In this document: positions 11,357 to 23,045 of the stretch, one piece after another
How the letters are laid out: each line of letters opens with the position of its first letter
Position numbering within the stretch: position 1 is the stretch's first letter
Source: Candidatus Binatia bacterium
GTDB taxonomy: Bacteria > Desulfobacterota > Binatia > UBA9968 > JAJDTQ01
Length of the DNA: 64,000 nt
Assembly (NCBI GenBank): GCA_963666515.2
Contig: OY762897.2
Coordinates: 224,001 to 288,000, forward strand
Reading direction: 5' to 3'
Notes under the pieces: model-generated
Seen by the model: only the letters and a program-made list of their open reading frames with translations
Databases searched by the model: none
Told to the model about the DNA's origin: nothing
Made by a program: the position numbers and the translations under genes

Positions 11357-12250
11357 ATGTCAACGCAAGGACTGACGGACGTGCTGTCGCGGTTCCGCGA
11401 CGGCGCCTTCGAGATCGACGGGTGCAAGGTCCACTACCTGGAGTACGGCGACCCCAGCCAGGAGACCTGCGTCTTCATCCACGGCAACCGCGACCACTGC
11501 CACAGTTGGGACCTGCTGCTGGAGTCCTTCGACAAGGCGGGTTTCACCCTGCCCCACGTGGTGTCCCTCGACCTCCGCGGCCACGGCGACAGCGGCTGGG
11601 TGGGCCCGGAGCGGGGTTACCGGCACGAGGATTTCGTCCTGGACGTGGTGGGGCTGCTGCGGCACCTGCAGAAGGACGCCGTGACCGTGGTGGCCCATTC
11701 CCTGGGCGGCAGCATGGCGGTGGTGTTCGCCGGCGCACTGCCGGAGAAGGTCAAGCGGCTGGCCATCATCGAGGCCGCCGGCCCCTACGGGCGCACCGAG
11801 CAGGAGACCCCGGAGCTGTTCGGGCGCTGGACCAAGGACGACGGTTCCGACACGATCCTGACCTACTACGCCACCGTCGCTCAGGCCGCCGACGCCATCG
11901 TGAGGCGTTTCCCGCTCGTTCCCAATCGCGCGGCCATGCACATGGCGCGCCACGGAACCCGGCTGACGCCCCACGGACTGGTGTGGAAGTACGACCCGCG
12001 GGCCCGGAACCCGTCGTATTCGTCGTTCTCCGAAACCCAGGTCAAGGCCTTCATCGAACGCATCGACTGCCCGACGCTGCTCGTTTTCGGGTCGGACTCG
12101 GGCTACAAGGAATCGCCCCGCTACGGCCGGGTCGAGCACTTCAGGAACAGGACGCTGGTGGAGATTCCCGGCACCGGGCACCACGTGCAGCAGGAAAAGC
12201 CCGACGAGCTGGCCGCGGTGTTGATCCCGTTCCTGAGCAACCATAGCTGA
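11357..12250 (+). CDS. Alpha/beta fold hydrolase
   Basis: FIHG, DLRGHGDS, AHSLGG nucleophile elbow, GTGHH. Confidence 0.9.
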   Translation: MSTQGLTDVLSRFRDGAFEIDGCKVHYLEYGDPSQETCVFIHGNRDHCHSWDLLLESFDKAGFTLPHVVSLDLRGHGDSGWVGPERGYRHEDFVLDVVGLLRHLQKDAVTVVAHSLGGSMAVVFAGALPEKVKRLAIIEAAGPYGRTEQETPELFGRWTKDDGSDTILTYYATVAQAADAIVRRFPLVPNRAAMHMARHGTRLTPHGLVWKYDPRARNPSYSSFSETQVKAFIERIDCPTLLVFGSDSGYKESPRYGRVEHFRNRTLVEIPGTGHHVQQEKPDELAAVLIPFLSNHS

Positions 12251-12274
12251 CCGCCGCAAGTCCGTTGTTGGGAC

Positions 12275-12303
12275 CCGTCATTCCGGCGAAAGCCGGAATC
12301 CAG
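12275..12303 (+). repeat. 29-bp hairpin repeat, family C
   Basis: CCGTCATTCCGGCGAAAGCCGGAATCCAG. Second copy at 25571-25599. Confidence 0.75.
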
Positions 12304-12348
12304 AAGGAGCGGGGCGGCCTCGGCGCATACCCTCAAGGAGGAACGTAC

Positions 12349-13506
12349 ATGGATTTCGCACTACCCGAAGAACTGCAGATTCTGCAGGACACCGTCCGCA
12401 AGTTCGTCGACCAGGAGCTCATCCCGGTGGAGATGGAGTGCCGGGACGGCGTGACGCTCAAGCCCGAGTACCGCGAGCGGTTCGAGGCCAAGACCCGGGA
12501 GATGGGGTTGTGGATGCTCGACGTGCCGGAGGAGTTCGGCGGCGCCGGCCTGAGCCTGCTGGCCCAGGTTCTCATCTGGGCCGAGGTGGCCCGCTCCGTG
12601 GCCATCCCCTCCCGCGGCCGCAGCATCTTCGGCCCTGAGGTGCGGCCGGTGCTCTACGCCATGAACGAGGAGCAGAAGGACCGCTACCTGTACCCGTTGC
12701 TCAAGGACGAGAAGCGCGCCTGCTTCGCCCAGACCGAGCCCGACGCCGGCTCCGACCCGGGCTCCATGCGCACCCGCGCCGTGCGCGACGGCGACGAGTA
12801 CGTGATCAACGGCGTCAAGCGCTTCATCACCGAGGCCGACGAGGCCGACTTCGCCCAGGTGATGGTGGCCACCGATCCCGAGAAGGGCTCCCACGGCGGC
12901 ATCTCCTGCATCCTGGTGGACATGGACAACCCGGGCGTGAAGATCACCGCCAAGTACAAGACCATGATGGGCTACGAGCCGTGCGAGATCGTGTTCGACA
13001 ACTGCCGGGTGCCGGCGGCCAACATGATCGGCGAGGAAGGCGAGGGCTTCAAGCTGGGACAGAAGTGGCTCGGCATCGGCCGGCTCAAGCACGGCGGGCG
13101 CGCCATCGGCGTGGCCCGGCGCGCCATAGAGATGGGCGCGACGTACGCCAAGCAGCGGGTCACCTTCGGCAAGCCTCTGGCCGAGCGCCAGGCCATCCAG
13201 TTCAAGCTGGCGGACTCCTGGACCGAGCTTCACGCCGCCACGCTCATGGTCTACCACGCGGCGTGGAAGTACGACCAGGGCGAAGACATGCGCAACGAGG
13301 GCTACATGGTCAAGGTGTTCGCCGACGAGATGTCCTTCCGGGTGGTGGACCGCGTGCTGCAGATCCATGGTGGCGTCGGCCTCACCACCGATCTGCCCAT
13401 CGAGCTGTGGTTCCGCGACCAGCGCAGCCGGCTCATCACCGAGGGCGCCTCCGAGGTCATGCGCATGGTCATCGCGCGCCACGTGCTACGCGAGTTCGGC
13501 AACTAG
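12349..13506 (+). CDS. Acyl-CoA dehydrogenase family protein
   Basis: FAQTEPDAGSD, INGVKRFIT, RVTFGKPL, QIHGGVG, ITEGASE. AAGGAGG RBS. Confidence 0.95.
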   Translation: MDFALPEELQILQDTVRKFVDQELIPVEMECRDGVTLKPEYRERFEAKTREMGLWMLDVPEEFGGAGLSLLAQVLIWAEVARSVAIPSRGRSIFGPEVRPVLYAMNEEQKDRYLYPLLKDEKRACFAQTEPDAGSDPGSMRTRAVRDGDEYVINGVKRFITEADEADFAQVMVATDPEKGSHGGISCILVDMDNPGVKITAKYKTMMGYEPCEIVFDNCRVPAANMIGEEGEGFKLGQKWLGIGRLKHGGRAIGVARRAIEMGATYAKQRVTFGKPLAERQAIQFKLADSWTELHAATLMVYHAAWKYDQGEDMRNEGYMVKVFADEMSFRVVDRVLQIHGGVGLTTDLPIELWFRDQRSRLITEGASEVMRMVIARHVLREFGN

Positions 13507-13531
13507 GAAGGCTCCACGGGTGTCCAGAGAT

Positions 13532-13560
13532 TTGGAGATGCACGGGCTTCATGCTATAAA
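13532..13560 (+). promoter_or_regulatory. Putative sigma70 promoter of rpmE
   Basis: TTGGAG-17-TATAAA with an extended -10 TG. Confidence 0.55.
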
Positions 13561-13584
13561 ATGCGCATTCAGTCGAGGTTTGCG

Positions 13585-13788
13585 ATGAAAGCCGAAATTC
13601 ACCCCGAATACCAGCTCGTGAACGTGGTGTGCGCCTGCGGCCACTCCTTCGAGGTGCGCTCCACCGCCAAGTCCATCCATACCGAGATCTGCGCCAACTG
13701 CCATCCGTTCTACACCGGCAAGCAGAAGCTCCTCGACACCGCCGGACGGGTCGAGAAGTTCAAGAGGAGATACGGTATCAAGGACTGA
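13585..13788 (+). CDS. rpmE: 50S ribosomal protein L31 (Zn-binding form)
   Basis: [33 protein letters not shown]. Confidence 0.97.
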   Translation: MKAEIHPEYQLVNVVCACGHSFEVRSTAKSIHTEICANCHPFYTGKQKLLDTAGRVEKFKRRYGIKD

Positions 13789-13813
13789 GGGAAGTTCCTG
13801 ACCGGCTCTTTCG

Positions 13814-13860
13814 GCAAAGGGGCAAAGGGTGGCGCGAATTCCCTTTGCCCCTTTGCTTTT
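13814..13860 (+). terminator. Intrinsic terminator/attenuator-like hairpin after rpmE
   Basis: 16-bp perfect stem GCAAAGGGGCAAAGGG / CCCTTTGCCCCTTTGC followed by TTTT. Confidence 0.75.
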
Positions 13861-13882
13861 GTGCAGGAATCAGACCGTGAGC

Positions 13883-14947
13883 ATGATCGAGAAAATGGCC
13901 GAGGTGGAGAGCCGCTACGACGAGCTGGAGGGCCTGCTCGCCGACCCCGGACTGCTGGAGGACCGCAAGGAGTACTCCCGGGTCGCCAAGGAGCGGGCGG
14001 ACCTCGCCGAGATGGTCGCGTGCTACCGCGAGTGGCGCAAGCTCGACCAGGAGGTCCGGGACAACCGCGAGCTGCTGGACGACGGCGACCCCGAACTCCA
14101 GGAGCTGGCGGTCGAGGAGTTGGAGACCCTGAAGGAGAGGCAGGAGAAGCTGGAGCAGCAGCTCAGGGTCCTGTTGCTGCCCAAGGACCCCAACGACGGC
14201 AAGAACGTGCTGCTGGAGATCCGCGCCGGCACGGGCGGAGAGGAGGCGTCGCTCTTCAGCGCGGACCTCTTCCGCATGTACGGCCGGTACGCGGAGGACA
14301 AGGGCTGGAAGGTGGAGGTGCTCAACTCCAACCCCACCGGCCTGGGCGGATTCAAGGAGATCATCGCCCTCATCGAGGGGCAGGGGGCCTACAGCCAGCT
14401 CAAGTTCGAGGGCGGCGTGCATCGTGTCCAACGGGTTCCGGTGACCGAGACCTCGGGCCGCATCCACACCTCCGCGGTGACCGTGGCGGTGCTGCCGGAG
14501 GCCGACGACGTGGACGTGGACATCGATCCCAGGGAACTGCGCATCGACGTCTTCCGCTCGTCGGGTCCAGGGGGGCAGAGCGTGAACACCACCGACTCCG
14601 CGGTGCGCATCACCCACGTGCCGACCGGGATCGTGGTCTCGTGCCAGGACGAGAAATCGCAGCACAAGAACAAGTCCAAGGCTCTCAAGATCCTGCGCGC
14701 TCGCCTGCTGGAGAAGACCCAGGAGGCGCAGCGCTCGGAGATCGCGGCCTCGCGCAAGCTCATGGTGGGCAGCGGCGACCGCAGCGAGCGCATCCGCACC
14801 TACAACTTCCCCCAGGGGCGCGTGACCGACCACCGCATCAACCTGACCCTGTACAAGCTTGACCAGGTTATGGACGGCGGCGTCAAGGACCTCATCGACG
14901 GCCTGATCACGTACCACCAGGCGGAGGCCCTCCAGGCCACGGGCTGA
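13883..14947 (+). CDS. prfA: Peptide chain release factor 1
   Basis: PVT recognition motif, [17 protein letters not shown]. Confidence 0.97.
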   Translation: MIEKMAEVESRYDELEGLLADPGLLEDRKEYSRVAKERADLAEMVACYREWRKLDQEVRDNRELLDDGDPELQELAVEELETLKERQEKLEQQLRVLLLPKDPNDGKNVLLEIRAGTGGEEASLFSADLFRMYGRYAEDKGWKVEVLNSNPTGLGGFKEIIALIEGQGAYSQLKFEGGVHRVQRVPVTETSGRIHTSAVTVAVLPEADDVDVDIDPRELRIDVFRSSGPGGQSVNTTDSAVRITHVPTGIVVSCQDEKSQHKNKSKALKILRARLLEKTQEAQRSEIAASRKLMVGSGDRSERIRTYNFPQGRVTDHRINLTLYKLDQVMDGGVKDLIDGLITYHQAEALQATG

Positions 14948-14951
14948 TCCT

Positions 14952-15911
14952 GTGGACGCGCAGGCGACAGGCAACCTTGCGGACGTGCTGCGGCGCGCTG
15001 CGGCCCGGCTCCGGGACGCGGGCATGGGGACGCCCAGGCTCGATGCCGAGGTGTTGTTGATGAACGTCCTCGGGTGGTCGAGGGAGGATCTCTACCGGAA
15101 CCCCGATGGCGCGTTGCAGGAGGGTCAGACCCAACGGTTCGAGAGCCTGGTCTCCCGGCGGATGCGGGCCGAGCCCGTGGCCTACATGACCGGAGCGCAG
15201 GAGTTCTGGTCCCTGGACTTCCGGGTGACGCCCGACGTGCTCATCCCGCGGCCCGAGACCGAGCACTTGGTGGAGACGGTACTGGATTTTCTGGCCACGC
15301 GCCCGGGGCCGTGCCGGATCCTGGAGATCGGCACCGGTAGCGGCGCAATCGCAGTCTGTCTGGCCAGGGAATGCGCGGAGTCGGAGATATGGGCCACCGA
15401 TGTCTCCGCGCCGGCGTTGGACGTCGCCCGGGACAACGCCGCTCGGCACGGCGTCGCGGGGAAGATCCGGTGGCTGCGAGGCGACCTGTTCGCTCCCGTG
15501 CGAGAGTTGACCGGCTGGTTCGACGTCGTGGTGTCGAATCCGCCTTACGTCCCCAGCGGCGAGATCCCGCGCCTGCCCCGTGACGTGCGGGATTGGGAAC
15601 CGGCCCTGGCGCTGGACGGCGGCGTCGACGGCATGGACTTCCACCGGAAGCTCGCCCGTGAAGGAGTCCGCCATCTACGGGAAGGGGGAATGCTGGCGGT
15701 GGAGGTCGGAGCGGAGCAGGGTTGCGACGTATCGCGGTTCCTGGCCCAGGCCGGGCTCCGGCGGGTCCGGGTGGGCCGGGACTACGCCGGGCTGCCGCGG
15801 GTGGTAGCCGCGGAGCGTCCTTCGACTTCGCTTCGCTTGCGCTCCGCTACGCTCGGGACGAACGGCGATACGGAGTCCGTAACCGTTCATGCTGAGCGTG
15901 GCTCCGCGTAA
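14952..15911 (+). CDS. prmC: Release factor glutamine methyltransferase, with a repeat-derived C-terminal tail
   Basis: [24 protein letters not shown]. Follows prfA. Confidence 0.93.
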   Translation: MDAQATGNLADVLRRAAARLRDAGMGTPRLDAEVLLMNVLGWSREDLYRNPDGALQEGQTQRFESLVSRRMRAEPVAYMTGAQEFWSLDFRVTPDVLIPRPETEHLVETVLDFLATRPGPCRILEIGTGSGAIAVCLARECAESEIWATDVSAPALDVARDNAARHGVAGKIRWLRGDLFAPVRELTGWFDVVVSNPPYVPSGEIPRLPRDVRDWEPALALDGGVDGMDFHRKLAREGVRHLREGGMLAVEVGAEQGCDVSRFLAQAGLRRVRVGRDYAGLPRVVAAERPSTSLRLRSATLGTNGDTESVTVHAERGSA

Positions 15912-15932
15912 GCGGAGCGGAGGGGTCGACGG
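15819..15932. repeat. Inverted pair of family D palindromic elements
   Basis: CCTTCGACTTCGC..CGCTCCGCTACGCTCGGGACGAACGG (15819-15865) faces CCGTTCATGCTGAGCGT..GCGGAGCGGAGGGGTCGACGG (15883-15932). Matches 18505-18541. Confidence 0.7.
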
Positions 15933-15934
15933 TA

Positions 15935-17203
15935 TTGGACAGCATCATCATCAAGGGCGAGACGGTTCTGGAAGGCTCGGTGGCTCTCGGCGGGTCGAAG
16001 AACGCGGCTCTGCCGGTGCTCGTCTCGGCGCTCCTGACCGCGGACAAATGCTCCTATCGCAGGGTGCCGGCGCTTCGCGACGTCAGCACCACCTTGCGGT
16101 TGCTGTCGCGCCTGGGAGTGACCATCGAGAAGGACGTAGGCGCCCAGGGACGCCTGGACCTCACCGCGGACAGGATCCACGAGCTGGAGGCGCCCTACGA
16201 CCTGGTCAAGACCATGCGCGCCTCGTTCCTGGTGTTGGGGCCGCTGCTGGCGCGTTTCGGCGAAGCCCGCGTCTCGACGCCCGGAGGGTGTGCCATCGGC
16301 TCCCGGCCGGTGGACCTGCACCTCCAGGGGCTTGAGCGCATGGGGGCCAGCATCCGGCAGGACCACGGCTATGTCGACGCCCGAGCCAGGGCGCTCAGGG
16401 GGGCGGTCATCCCGCTCGACTTCCCTTCCGTGGGCGCCACCGAGAACCTCATGATGGCCGCGACCCTGGCCCGGGGGGAGACGGTGATACGGAACGCCGC
16501 CCGGGAGCCGGAGATCGCCGAACTTGCTGGCGTGCTCAACGGGATGGGCGCCCGGGTGAGCGGGGCCGGTGGCGACGTCATCCGCATCAAGGGCGTCCGC
16601 GAGCTTCACGGCGTGTCCCACGAGATGAGCCCGGACCGCATCGAGGCCGGCACATTCATGGTGGGGGCGGCCCTGACCGGCGGGAACGTCATGATCGAGG
16701 GCGCCCGGGCCGAAGACCTTCAGGCGTTCACCGCCAAGCTGCGGGAAACCGGCGCGCGGGTGGCCGAGGAAACGGGCGGGGTCCGCGTCACCGGCAACGG
16801 ACGGGTCCGCAGCACCGACGTGGCCACGCGGCCGTATCCGGGATTCCCGACGGACCTCCAGGCACAGATGATGGTGCTGATGGCGGTGGCCGACGGCGCC
16901 AGCGTCATCACCGAGAACATCTTCGAGAACCGGTTCATGCACGTCCAGGAACTGAACCGGATGGGCGCGCGCGTCACCCTGGACGGCAACAAGGCCACGG
17001 TGCGGGGGGTGGCGGAGCTGTCCGGGGCGCAGGTGATGGCCACGGACCTCCGGGCGAGCGTGTCGCTGGTGCTGGCGGGCCTGGTGGCTGGAGGTGAGAC
17101 GGAGGTGTCGCGGGTGTATCACCTGGACCGGGGCTACGAGGACATCGAGGGCAAGCTGGCCCGTCTGGGCGCGGACATACGAAGGGTGAACCGTGACGAT
17201 TGA
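15935..17203 (+). CDS. murA: UDP-N-acetylglucosamine 1-carboxyvinyltransferase
   Basis: [42 protein letters not shown] start. Confidence 0.97.
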   Translation: MDSIIIKGETVLEGSVALGGSKNAALPVLVSALLTADKCSYRRVPALRDVSTTLRLLSRLGVTIEKDVGAQGRLDLTADRIHELEAPYDLVKTMRASFLVLGPLLARFGEARVSTPGGCAIGSRPVDLHLQGLERMGASIRQDHGYVDARARALRGAVIPLDFPSVGATENLMMAATLARGETVIRNAAREPEIAELAGVLNGMGARVSGAGGDVIRIKGVRELHGVSHEMSPDRIEAGTFMVGAALTGGNVMIEGARAEDLQAFTAKLRETGARVAEETGGVRVTGNGRVRSTDVATRPYPGFPTDLQAQMMVLMAVADGASVITENIFENRFMHVQELNRMGARVTLDGNKATVRGVAELSGAQVMATDLRASVSLVLAGLVAGGETEVSRVYHLDRGYEDIEGKLARLGADIRRVNRDD

Positions 17204-18485
17204 CATCGTGAGGACCACGGACCCCGGCTTCAGGAAGAGACTGGACCGGATCCTCCAGCGCCGGGGCGAGATCGAGCGGGACGTCGAGGCGCGGGTGGCG
17301 GAGATCATCGAGAACGTCCGCCGGCACGGGGACAGGGCCCTGGTGCGCTATGCCAAGGCGTTCGACGGCGTCACGCTGAAGCGCTCCGAGATCGAGGTTT
17401 CGGCGGACGAGCTGGAGCGGGCGCGCGACACCGTTTCCAAAGAGGACCTGCGGTGGCTGCGGCTGGCCGCGGCGCGCATCCGGCGGTTCCACCGCCGCCA
17501 GGTGGAGAAGAGCTGGTGCTACCGCGACCCCCTGGGACTGGAGCTGGGCCAGCGCATCAGCCCGGTGGAGCGCGCAGGCGCCTATGTGCCCGGCGGCAAG
17601 GCCGCCTACCCGTCCACCGTGCTGATGACCGTGATCCCCGCGGTGGCGGCTGGGGTCCGGGAGGTGGCGGTCGCCACTCCGGTCCAGAAAGAGGCCGCGC
17701 TGGTGCTGGCGGCGGCGCGCATCGCCGGCGCCCACCGGGTGTTTCGGGTGGGCGGCGCCCAGGCGATGGCGGCGCTGGCCTATGGCACCGAGACCATCCC
17801 GCGGGTGGACAAGATCGTGGGCCCCGGCAACGTGTACGTGGCCGCGGCCAAGCGGCTCGTGTTCGGCCAAGTGGACATCGACTCCATCGCCGGCCCCAGC
17901 GAGGTGCTGCTGCTGGTGGACGGCTCGGCCAACCCGCGTTACGTGGCCGCGGACATGCTCTCCCAGGCCGAGCACGACGAGCTGGCCGCGGCGGTGTGCG
18001 TCACCCCGTCCATGACCACGGCCCGGAAGGTCCAGGCCGCCATGGCCGAACAGCTCAAGAGCACCCGGCGGCAGGCCATCACCTTGGGCGCATTGCGGCG
18101 CTTCGGCGCCATCATGGTGTCGCGGTCTCTGAAGGAAGCGGTGGACATCACCAACGCCATCGCCCCGGAGCACGTGCAGATCATGGTGCGCCATCCGGAG
18201 AAGTGCGTGGACGCGGTGCGCAACGCCGGGGCGATCTTCGTCGGCGCACATGCCACGCCGCCCCTCAGCGACTACGTGGCCGGACCCAATCACGTGCTTC
18301 CCACGGGCGGCAGCGCGCGTTTCTTCTCGCCCCTGGGCGCCTACGACTTCGTCAAGCGCACCAGCATCGTGCGCGCCGAGCCCGGAGGGTTGGCCGCCCT
18401 GGCCCCCGCCGTCATCCATCTGGCGCGCCGGGAAGGACTGGACGAGCACGCCCGGGCGGTGGAGGCGCGGCTGGGGACGAGTTGA
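17193..18485 (+). CDS. hisD: Histidinol dehydrogenase
   Basis: [44 protein letters not shown]. Confidence 0.96.
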   Translation: MTIDIVRTTDPGFRKRLDRILQRRGEIERDVEARVAEIIENVRRHGDRALVRYAKAFDGVTLKRSEIEVSADELERARDTVSKEDLRWLRLAAARIRRFHRRQVEKSWCYRDPLGLELGQRISPVERAGAYVPGGKAAYPSTVLMTVIPAVAAGVREVAVATPVQKEAALVLAAARIAGAHRVFRVGGAQAMAALAYGTETIPRVDKIVGPGNVYVAAAKRLVFGQVDIDSIAGPSEVLLLVDGSANPRYVAADMLSQAEHDELAAAVCVTPSMTTARKVQAAMAEQLKSTRRQAITLGALRRFGAIMVSRSLKEAVDITNAIAPEHVQIMVRHPEKCVDAVRNAGAIFVGAHATPPLSDYVAGPNHVLPTGGSARFFSPLGAYDFVKRTSIVRAEPGGLAALAPAVIHLARREGLDEHARAVEARLGTS

Positions 18486-18504
18486 AAGCAGGTCACATGC
18501 CCCT

Positions 18505-18541
18505 CCGTTCGCCCTGAGCGTAGCGGAGCGAAGTCGAAGGG
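18505..18541 (+). repeat. Family D palindromic element between hisD and hisB
   Basis: CCGTTCGCCCTGAGCGTAGCGGAGCGAAGTCGAAGGG. Reverse complement aligns with 15819-15865. Confidence 0.7.
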
Positions 18542-18567
18542 CGCCATCGAAGGTCAGGAGAGTTCAC

Positions 18568-19155
18568 ATGGGACGAACGGCAACGGTTCACCGGAAGACG
18601 AAGGAGACGGACATCACCACCGTCGTGGACATCGACGGCAAGGGCCAAGCGCAGGTGGAGACAGGCATCCCCTTCTTCGACCACATGCTGGAGATATTCA
18701 CCCGTCACGGCCTGTTCGACGTGATGGTGAAGGCGGTGGGCGACCTGGAGGTGGACTACCACCACACGGTGGAGGACGTGGGGCTCACCCTGGGGCAGGC
18801 GTTCAAGGACGCCCTGGGGGACAAGCACGGCATCCGCCGCTTCGGCGAGGCCACGGTGCCGCTGGACGAGGCCCTGGCGCGGGTCGTGGTGGACCTGAGC
18901 GGCCGGCCCTACCTGGCCTACCGGGTCAAGATCCGCGGCGGCCGGGTGGGGACCTTCGACACCGACCTGCCGCACGAGTTCTACCAGGCCTTCGTCAACC
19001 AGTTGGGAATGAACCTGCACATGGACGTCCAGCACGGCGAGAACCCGCACCACGTCATCGAGGCATGCTTCAAGGGCTTCGCCCGGGCCATGGACCGGGC
19101 CACGGGGCTGGATGAGCGGATCAAGGGGGTGCTTTCCACGAAAGGGAGCTTGTAG
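18568..19155 (+). CDS. hisB: Imidazoleglycerol-phosphate dehydratase
   Basis: TKETDI, FFDHML, DYHHTVED, NPHHVIEA, STKG. Confidence 0.97.
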   Translation: MGRTATVHRKTKETDITTVVDIDGKGQAQVETGIPFFDHMLEIFTRHGLFDVMVKAVGDLEVDYHHTVEDVGLTLGQAFKDALGDKHGIRRFGEATVPLDEALARVVVDLSGRPYLAYRVKIRGGRVGTFDTDLPHEFYQAFVNQLGMNLHMDVQHGENPHHVIEACFKGFARAMDRATGLDERIKGVLSTKGSL

Positions 19156-19177
19156 GGGCGGGTTTTCGAACGTGCCC
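19152..19177 (+). repeat. REP-like GTAG palindrome, family A, overlapping the hisB TAG stop
   Basis: GTAGGGGCGGGTTTTCGAACGTGCCC. Confidence 0.6.
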
Positions 19178-19209
19178 GCGCACGGGGTGCCGGTTCTGGA
19201 GGAATCGAG

Positions 19210-19836
19210 ATGATCGCCGTCGTCGACTACGGCATGGGTAACCTGAGAAGCGTGCAGAAGGGATTGGAGCGGGTTGGCTTCGAGGCGGAGGTCACCCGCG
19301 ACCCCGGGCGCATCGCCGAGGCACATGGGGTCGTGCTGCCCGGAGTGGGAGCGTTCCACACCTGCATGGAAAATCTCCATCGCTTCGGCCTGGTGGACGT
19401 CATCCGGGATGTGGTGCGCCGGAAGCGGCCGTTCCTCGGCATCTGCCTGGGGCTGCAGCTCCTGTTCGACGAAAGTGAAGAGTTCGGCTCCCCGGACGGT
19501 CTGAGGCTGGTGCCGGGGAAGGTTATGGGCTTCTCTGCCGCGGACGGCCTGAAGGTGCCCCACATGGGCTGGAACGCCATCGAGATACGCAAGCCTACGC
19601 GTTTCCTGGAGGGAATCGACGAAGGGGCGCAGGTCTACTTCGTACACTCGTTCTACGCGGCACCCGCGGACGAATCCATGGTGTCCACCGTCACCTCCCA
19701 CGGGACGCCCTTCGTTTCGAGCATCGCCACCGACCACCTCTTCGCGTGCCAGTTCCATCCCGAGAAGAGCCAGGCCATCGGCCTGCGCATCCTGGAGAAC
19801 TTCGGGCGCTTTGCCGAGAACGGGGCCGCGGCCTGA
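19210..19836 (+). CDS. hisH: Imidazole glycerol phosphate synthase, glutaminase subunit
   Basis: DYGMGNL, PGVG, GICLG, QFHPEKS. Confidence 0.97.
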   Translation: MIAVVDYGMGNLRSVQKGLERVGFEAEVTRDPGRIAEAHGVVLPGVGAFHTCMENLHRFGLVDVIRDVVRRKRPFLGICLGLQLLFDESEEFGSPDGLRLVPGKVMGFSAADGLKVPHMGWNAIEIRKPTRFLEGIDEGAQVYFVHSFYAAPADESMVSTVTSHGTPFVSSIATDHLFACQFHPEKSQAIGLRILENFGRFAENGAAA

Positions 19837-19883
19837 CCGATGGCCGGTTTTCTGGTACGGGCCGCTCAACCATTTCCGCGGAC

Positions 19884-20621
19884 ATGCTGATCATACCTGC
19901 CATCGACATCAAGGACGGCCGCTGCGTGCGCTTGTACCAGGGCGACATGGACCAGGAGACGGTGTATTACCAGCAGCCGCTGGATGCGGCCCGGCATCTC
20001 GTGGAAGAAGGCGCCCGCATGATCCACGTGGTGGACCTCAACGGCGCGGTGGAGGGCCATCCGGTTCACTTGGCGGAACTGGCGGCCATCTGCGCCGAAT
20101 CGGGCGTGGCGGTGGAAGTGGGCGGAGGGCTGCGGACCCTCCAGGCGGTGGAGGATGCCATGAACTCTGGTGTGGAGCGGGTGGTGATCGGCACCAAGGC
20201 TTACGAGGATCAGGATTTCCTGAAGGCAGCGTGCGAGCGTTTCCCCGGGCGGGTGGTGGTGGGCATCGACGCGCGGGCCGGGAAGGTCGCGGTGCGAGGC
20301 TGGCGCGACGACACCGCCATGGACGCCGTGGAACTGGCGCAACGGTGCGAGGAAGACGGCGCCGCTCGGATCATCTACACCGACATCAGCCGTGACGGCA
20401 CGGGCTCGGGCGTGAACGCGGAGCAGACGGCGCAGGTGGCCCGGGCCGTGGGTATCCCGGTCATCGCTTCCGGCGGGATCGGCTCACTGGACGACATCCG
20501 TGCGCTGGCGGGGCTGGCCAGCGAAGGCATCGAAGGTGTCATCGTGGGCCGGGCGCTCTACAACGGCGCCTTTTCATTGGTCGAGGCCATGGCGGCGGCT
20601 GGAGGCGGCGATGCTCACTAA
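19884..20621 (+). CDS. hisA: ProFAR isomerase
   Basis: [33 protein letters not shown]. Confidence 0.96.
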   Translation: MLIIPAIDIKDGRCVRLYQGDMDQETVYYQQPLDAARHLVEEGARMIHVVDLNGAVEGHPVHLAELAAICAESGVAVEVGGGLRTLQAVEDAMNSGVERVVIGTKAYEDQDFLKAACERFPGRVVVGIDARAGKVAVRGWRDDTAMDAVELAQRCEEDGAARIIYTDISRDGTGSGVNAEQTAQVARAVGIPVIASGGIGSLDDIRALAGLASEGIEGVIVGRALYNGAFSLVEAMAAAGGGDAH

Positions 20622-21375
20622 ACGCATCATCCCCTGCCTGGACGTCGATGCCGGCCGGGTGGTGAAGGGCATCCGCTTCGTGGAGATCCGCGACGCCGGG
20701 GACCCCGTGGAGGTGGCCCGGGCCTACGACGCGGCCGGCGCCGACGAACTCTGCTTCCTGGACATCACCGCTTCCCACGAGCAGCGAGGCATCATCCTGG
20801 ACGTGGTGGCGCGCACCGCGGACGAGATATTCATGCCCCTGACGGTGGGCGGCGGCATCCGCGAGAATGCCGATATCCGCAGGCTGCTCAAGGCCGGCGC
20901 CGACAAGGTCTCCATCAACACCGCTGCGGTGGCCCGCCCCGAGTTCGTGCGGGAAGCGGCCGAGACCTTTGGCAGCCAGTGCATCGTGGTGGCCATCGAC
21001 GCCAAGCGGGTGGAGGACCACTGGGAGGTGTTCACCCACGGCGGCCGCAACCCCACCGGCATCGACGCCTGCGCTTGGGCCGAGCGCATGGCCGAATACG
21101 GCGCCGGCGAGATCCTCCTCACCAGCATGGACCGCGACGGCACCAAGGACGGCTACGACCTGCCCCTCACCCGCGCCATCTCCGACCGCGTCACGATCCC
21201 CGTCATCGCCTCCGGCGGCGTCGGCAATCCCCAGCACATCCACGACGGCTTCGCCCAAGGCCACGCCAGCGCAGCCCTGGCTGCGTCCATCTTCCACTAC
21301 GGCGAGTACACCATAGGAGAGTGCAAGCGCTATCTGGAGGAGCGGGGGATTCCGGTCCGGCCGATCCGCGCCTGA
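20611..21375 (+). CDS. hisF: Imidazole glycerol phosphate synthase, cyclase subunit
   Basis: [34 protein letters not shown]. Confidence 0.97.
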   Translation: MLTKRIIPCLDVDAGRVVKGIRFVEIRDAGDPVEVARAYDAAGADELCFLDITASHEQRGIILDVVARTADEIFMPLTVGGGIRENADIRRLLKAGADKVSINTAAVARPEFVREAAETFGSQCIVVAIDAKRVEDHWEVFTHGGRNPTGIDACAWAERMAEYGAGEILLTSMDRDGTKDGYDLPLTRAISDRVTIPVIASGGVGNPQHIHDGFAQGHASAALAASIFHYGEYTIGECKRYLEERGIPVRPIRA

Positions 21376-21380
21376 GGGGA

Positions 21381-22328
21381 TCAGACGCCGCTTTCCAACT
21401 CCGTAAGGAACCGCTCGGCGTCGATGGCCGCCATGCAGCCGCTGCCGGCCGCGGTGACCGCTTGGCGGTAGATGCGGTCCTGGACGTCGCCGCAGGCGAA
21501 GACGCCTTCCAGGGTGGTCCGGGTGCCGTCGTGTGTCTTGATGTAGCCCAGTTCGTCCATCTCCAGGACGCCTTCGAAGAGTTGAGAGTTGGGCTGGTGG
21601 CCGATGGCGATGAAGACGCCGTCGCAGGCGAAAGCTTCGTCCTTGCCTGTCTTCACGTTCCGTAGCGTGGCGCCGGTGACGCCTCCATCCTGGGCGTCGC
21701 CGTGGATGTCCGCCACCGTCGTGTCCCAAATGAACTCGATCCTGGGGTTGGCCCGGGCGCGGTCCTGCATGATCTTCGACGCCCGGAGCTGGTCGCGGCG
21801 GTGCACGATGGTGACCTTGCTGGCGAACTTGGTGAGGAAGGTGGCCTCCTCCATGGCGGTGTCGCCGCCGCCCACCACGATGAGCTCCTTGTCCTTGAAG
21901 AAGAAGCCGTCGCAGGTAGCGCAGGCGGATACCCCGTGCCCCATCAGCCGGTTCTCGGCTTCGAGCCCCAGCAGCTTGGCGGTGGCGCCGGTGGCGATGA
22001 TCAGGGCGTCGCAGGTGTAGCGGTCCTTGCCCGCCTGCAGCGCGATGGGCCGCGCGCCCAGCTCCACCGCGGTGACGTCGCCGAAGACGATCCGGGTGCC
22101 GAAGCGTTCCGCCTGCTTGCGGAACTGGTCCATCATGTCCGGGCCCATGATGCCGTCCGGGAAGCCGGGATAGTTCTCGACGTCGGTGGTGATGGTGAGC
22201 TGGCCGCCGGGCTGGGAGCCCTCCACCACCAGCGGCGCCAGGTTGGCGCGGGCCGTGTAGAGGGCGGCGGTGAGACCGGCGGCCCCGGAACCGAGGATGA
22301 TGACGTGGTAGTGAGTCTGTTCTGCCAT
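21381..22328 (-). CDS. trxB: Thioredoxin reductase
   Basis: [35 protein letters not shown]. Confidence 0.97.
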   Translation of the reverse strand: MAEQTHYHVIILGSGAAGLTAALYTARANLAPLVVEGSQPGGQLTITTDVENYPGFPDGIMGPDMMDQFRKQAERFGTRIVFGDVTAVELGARPIALQAGKDRYTCDALIIATGATAKLLGLEAENRLMGHGVSACATCDGFFFKDKELIVVGGGDTAMEEATFLTKFASKVTIVHRRDQLRASKIMQDRARANPRIEFIWDTTVADIHGDAQDGGVTGATLRNVKTGKDEAFACDGVFIAIGHQPNSQLFEGVLEMDELGYIKTHDGTRTTLEGVFACGDVQDRIYRQAVTAAGSGCMAAIDAERFLTELESGV

Positions 22329-22503
22329 GGTGTGTTCTTACCATACGGGCCGTCTCCCTTGTAGGTCGGACTTGCCGCGCCGGCTTGTTTTCGGGCCGGT
22401 GGACGATACACTTGGAGCCTGTGCCACGGACGTTCCGGCCTCGGTCAGGTCATGCAGGTCGGGGTCGGCGGCGCGGAAGATCGCGATACCGGAGGATGAA
22501 TGG

Positions 22504-22980
22504 ATGGCAACGTTGTCCCACGTCGATGAACAGGGGCGGGTGCGGATGGTGGACGTGACCGCCAAGGAGGTGACCCAACGGGTGGCGGTGGCCCGAGGCG
22601 TGGTGACCATGCGGGCGGAGACCCTGGCGGCCATTGCCGAGGGGCAGATCCCCAAGGGCGACGTCCTGACCGTCGCGCGCATCGCCGGGATCATGGCGGC
22701 CAAGAAGACCTCCGACCTCATTCCCATGTGCCACCCCCTCAACATCAGCGGCGTGGAGGTCCGGCTCACGCCGCGGCAAGACCCGCCCTCCGTCGAGATC
22801 GAAGCCACCGTCCGCATCGCCGGCAAGACCGGCGTGGAGATGGAGGCCCTGACCGCGGTGTCGGCCGCGGGCCTCACCGTCTACGACATGTGCAAGGCCG
22901 TGGACCGGGAGATGACGGTCGGCGAGATCCGTCTCATCCACAAGAGCGGCGGCAAGAGCGGGACTTTCGACAGAGCGTAG
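22504..22980 (+). CDS. moaC: Cyclic pyranopterin monophosphate synthase
   Basis: [36 protein letters not shown]. Confidence 0.97.
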   Translation: MATLSHVDEQGRVRMVDVTAKEVTQRVAVARGVVTMRAETLAAIAEGQIPKGDVLTVARIAGIMAAKKTSDLIPMCHPLNISGVEVRLTPRQDPPSVEIEATVRIAGKTGVEMEALTAVSAAGLTVYDMCKAVDREMTVGEIRLIHKSGGKSGTFDRA

Positions 22981-23045
22981 CCCCTGCAACTTCCCTTCCC
23001 TTCACCACTCACGCGCCCGCAACCGGTCGCGGCGACTGCCAAAGC

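Noticed and set aside
22329-22503. Possible Moco riboswitch upstream of moaC
   Set aside because: No recognisable conserved motif by eye; an Rfam/Infernal search would settle it.
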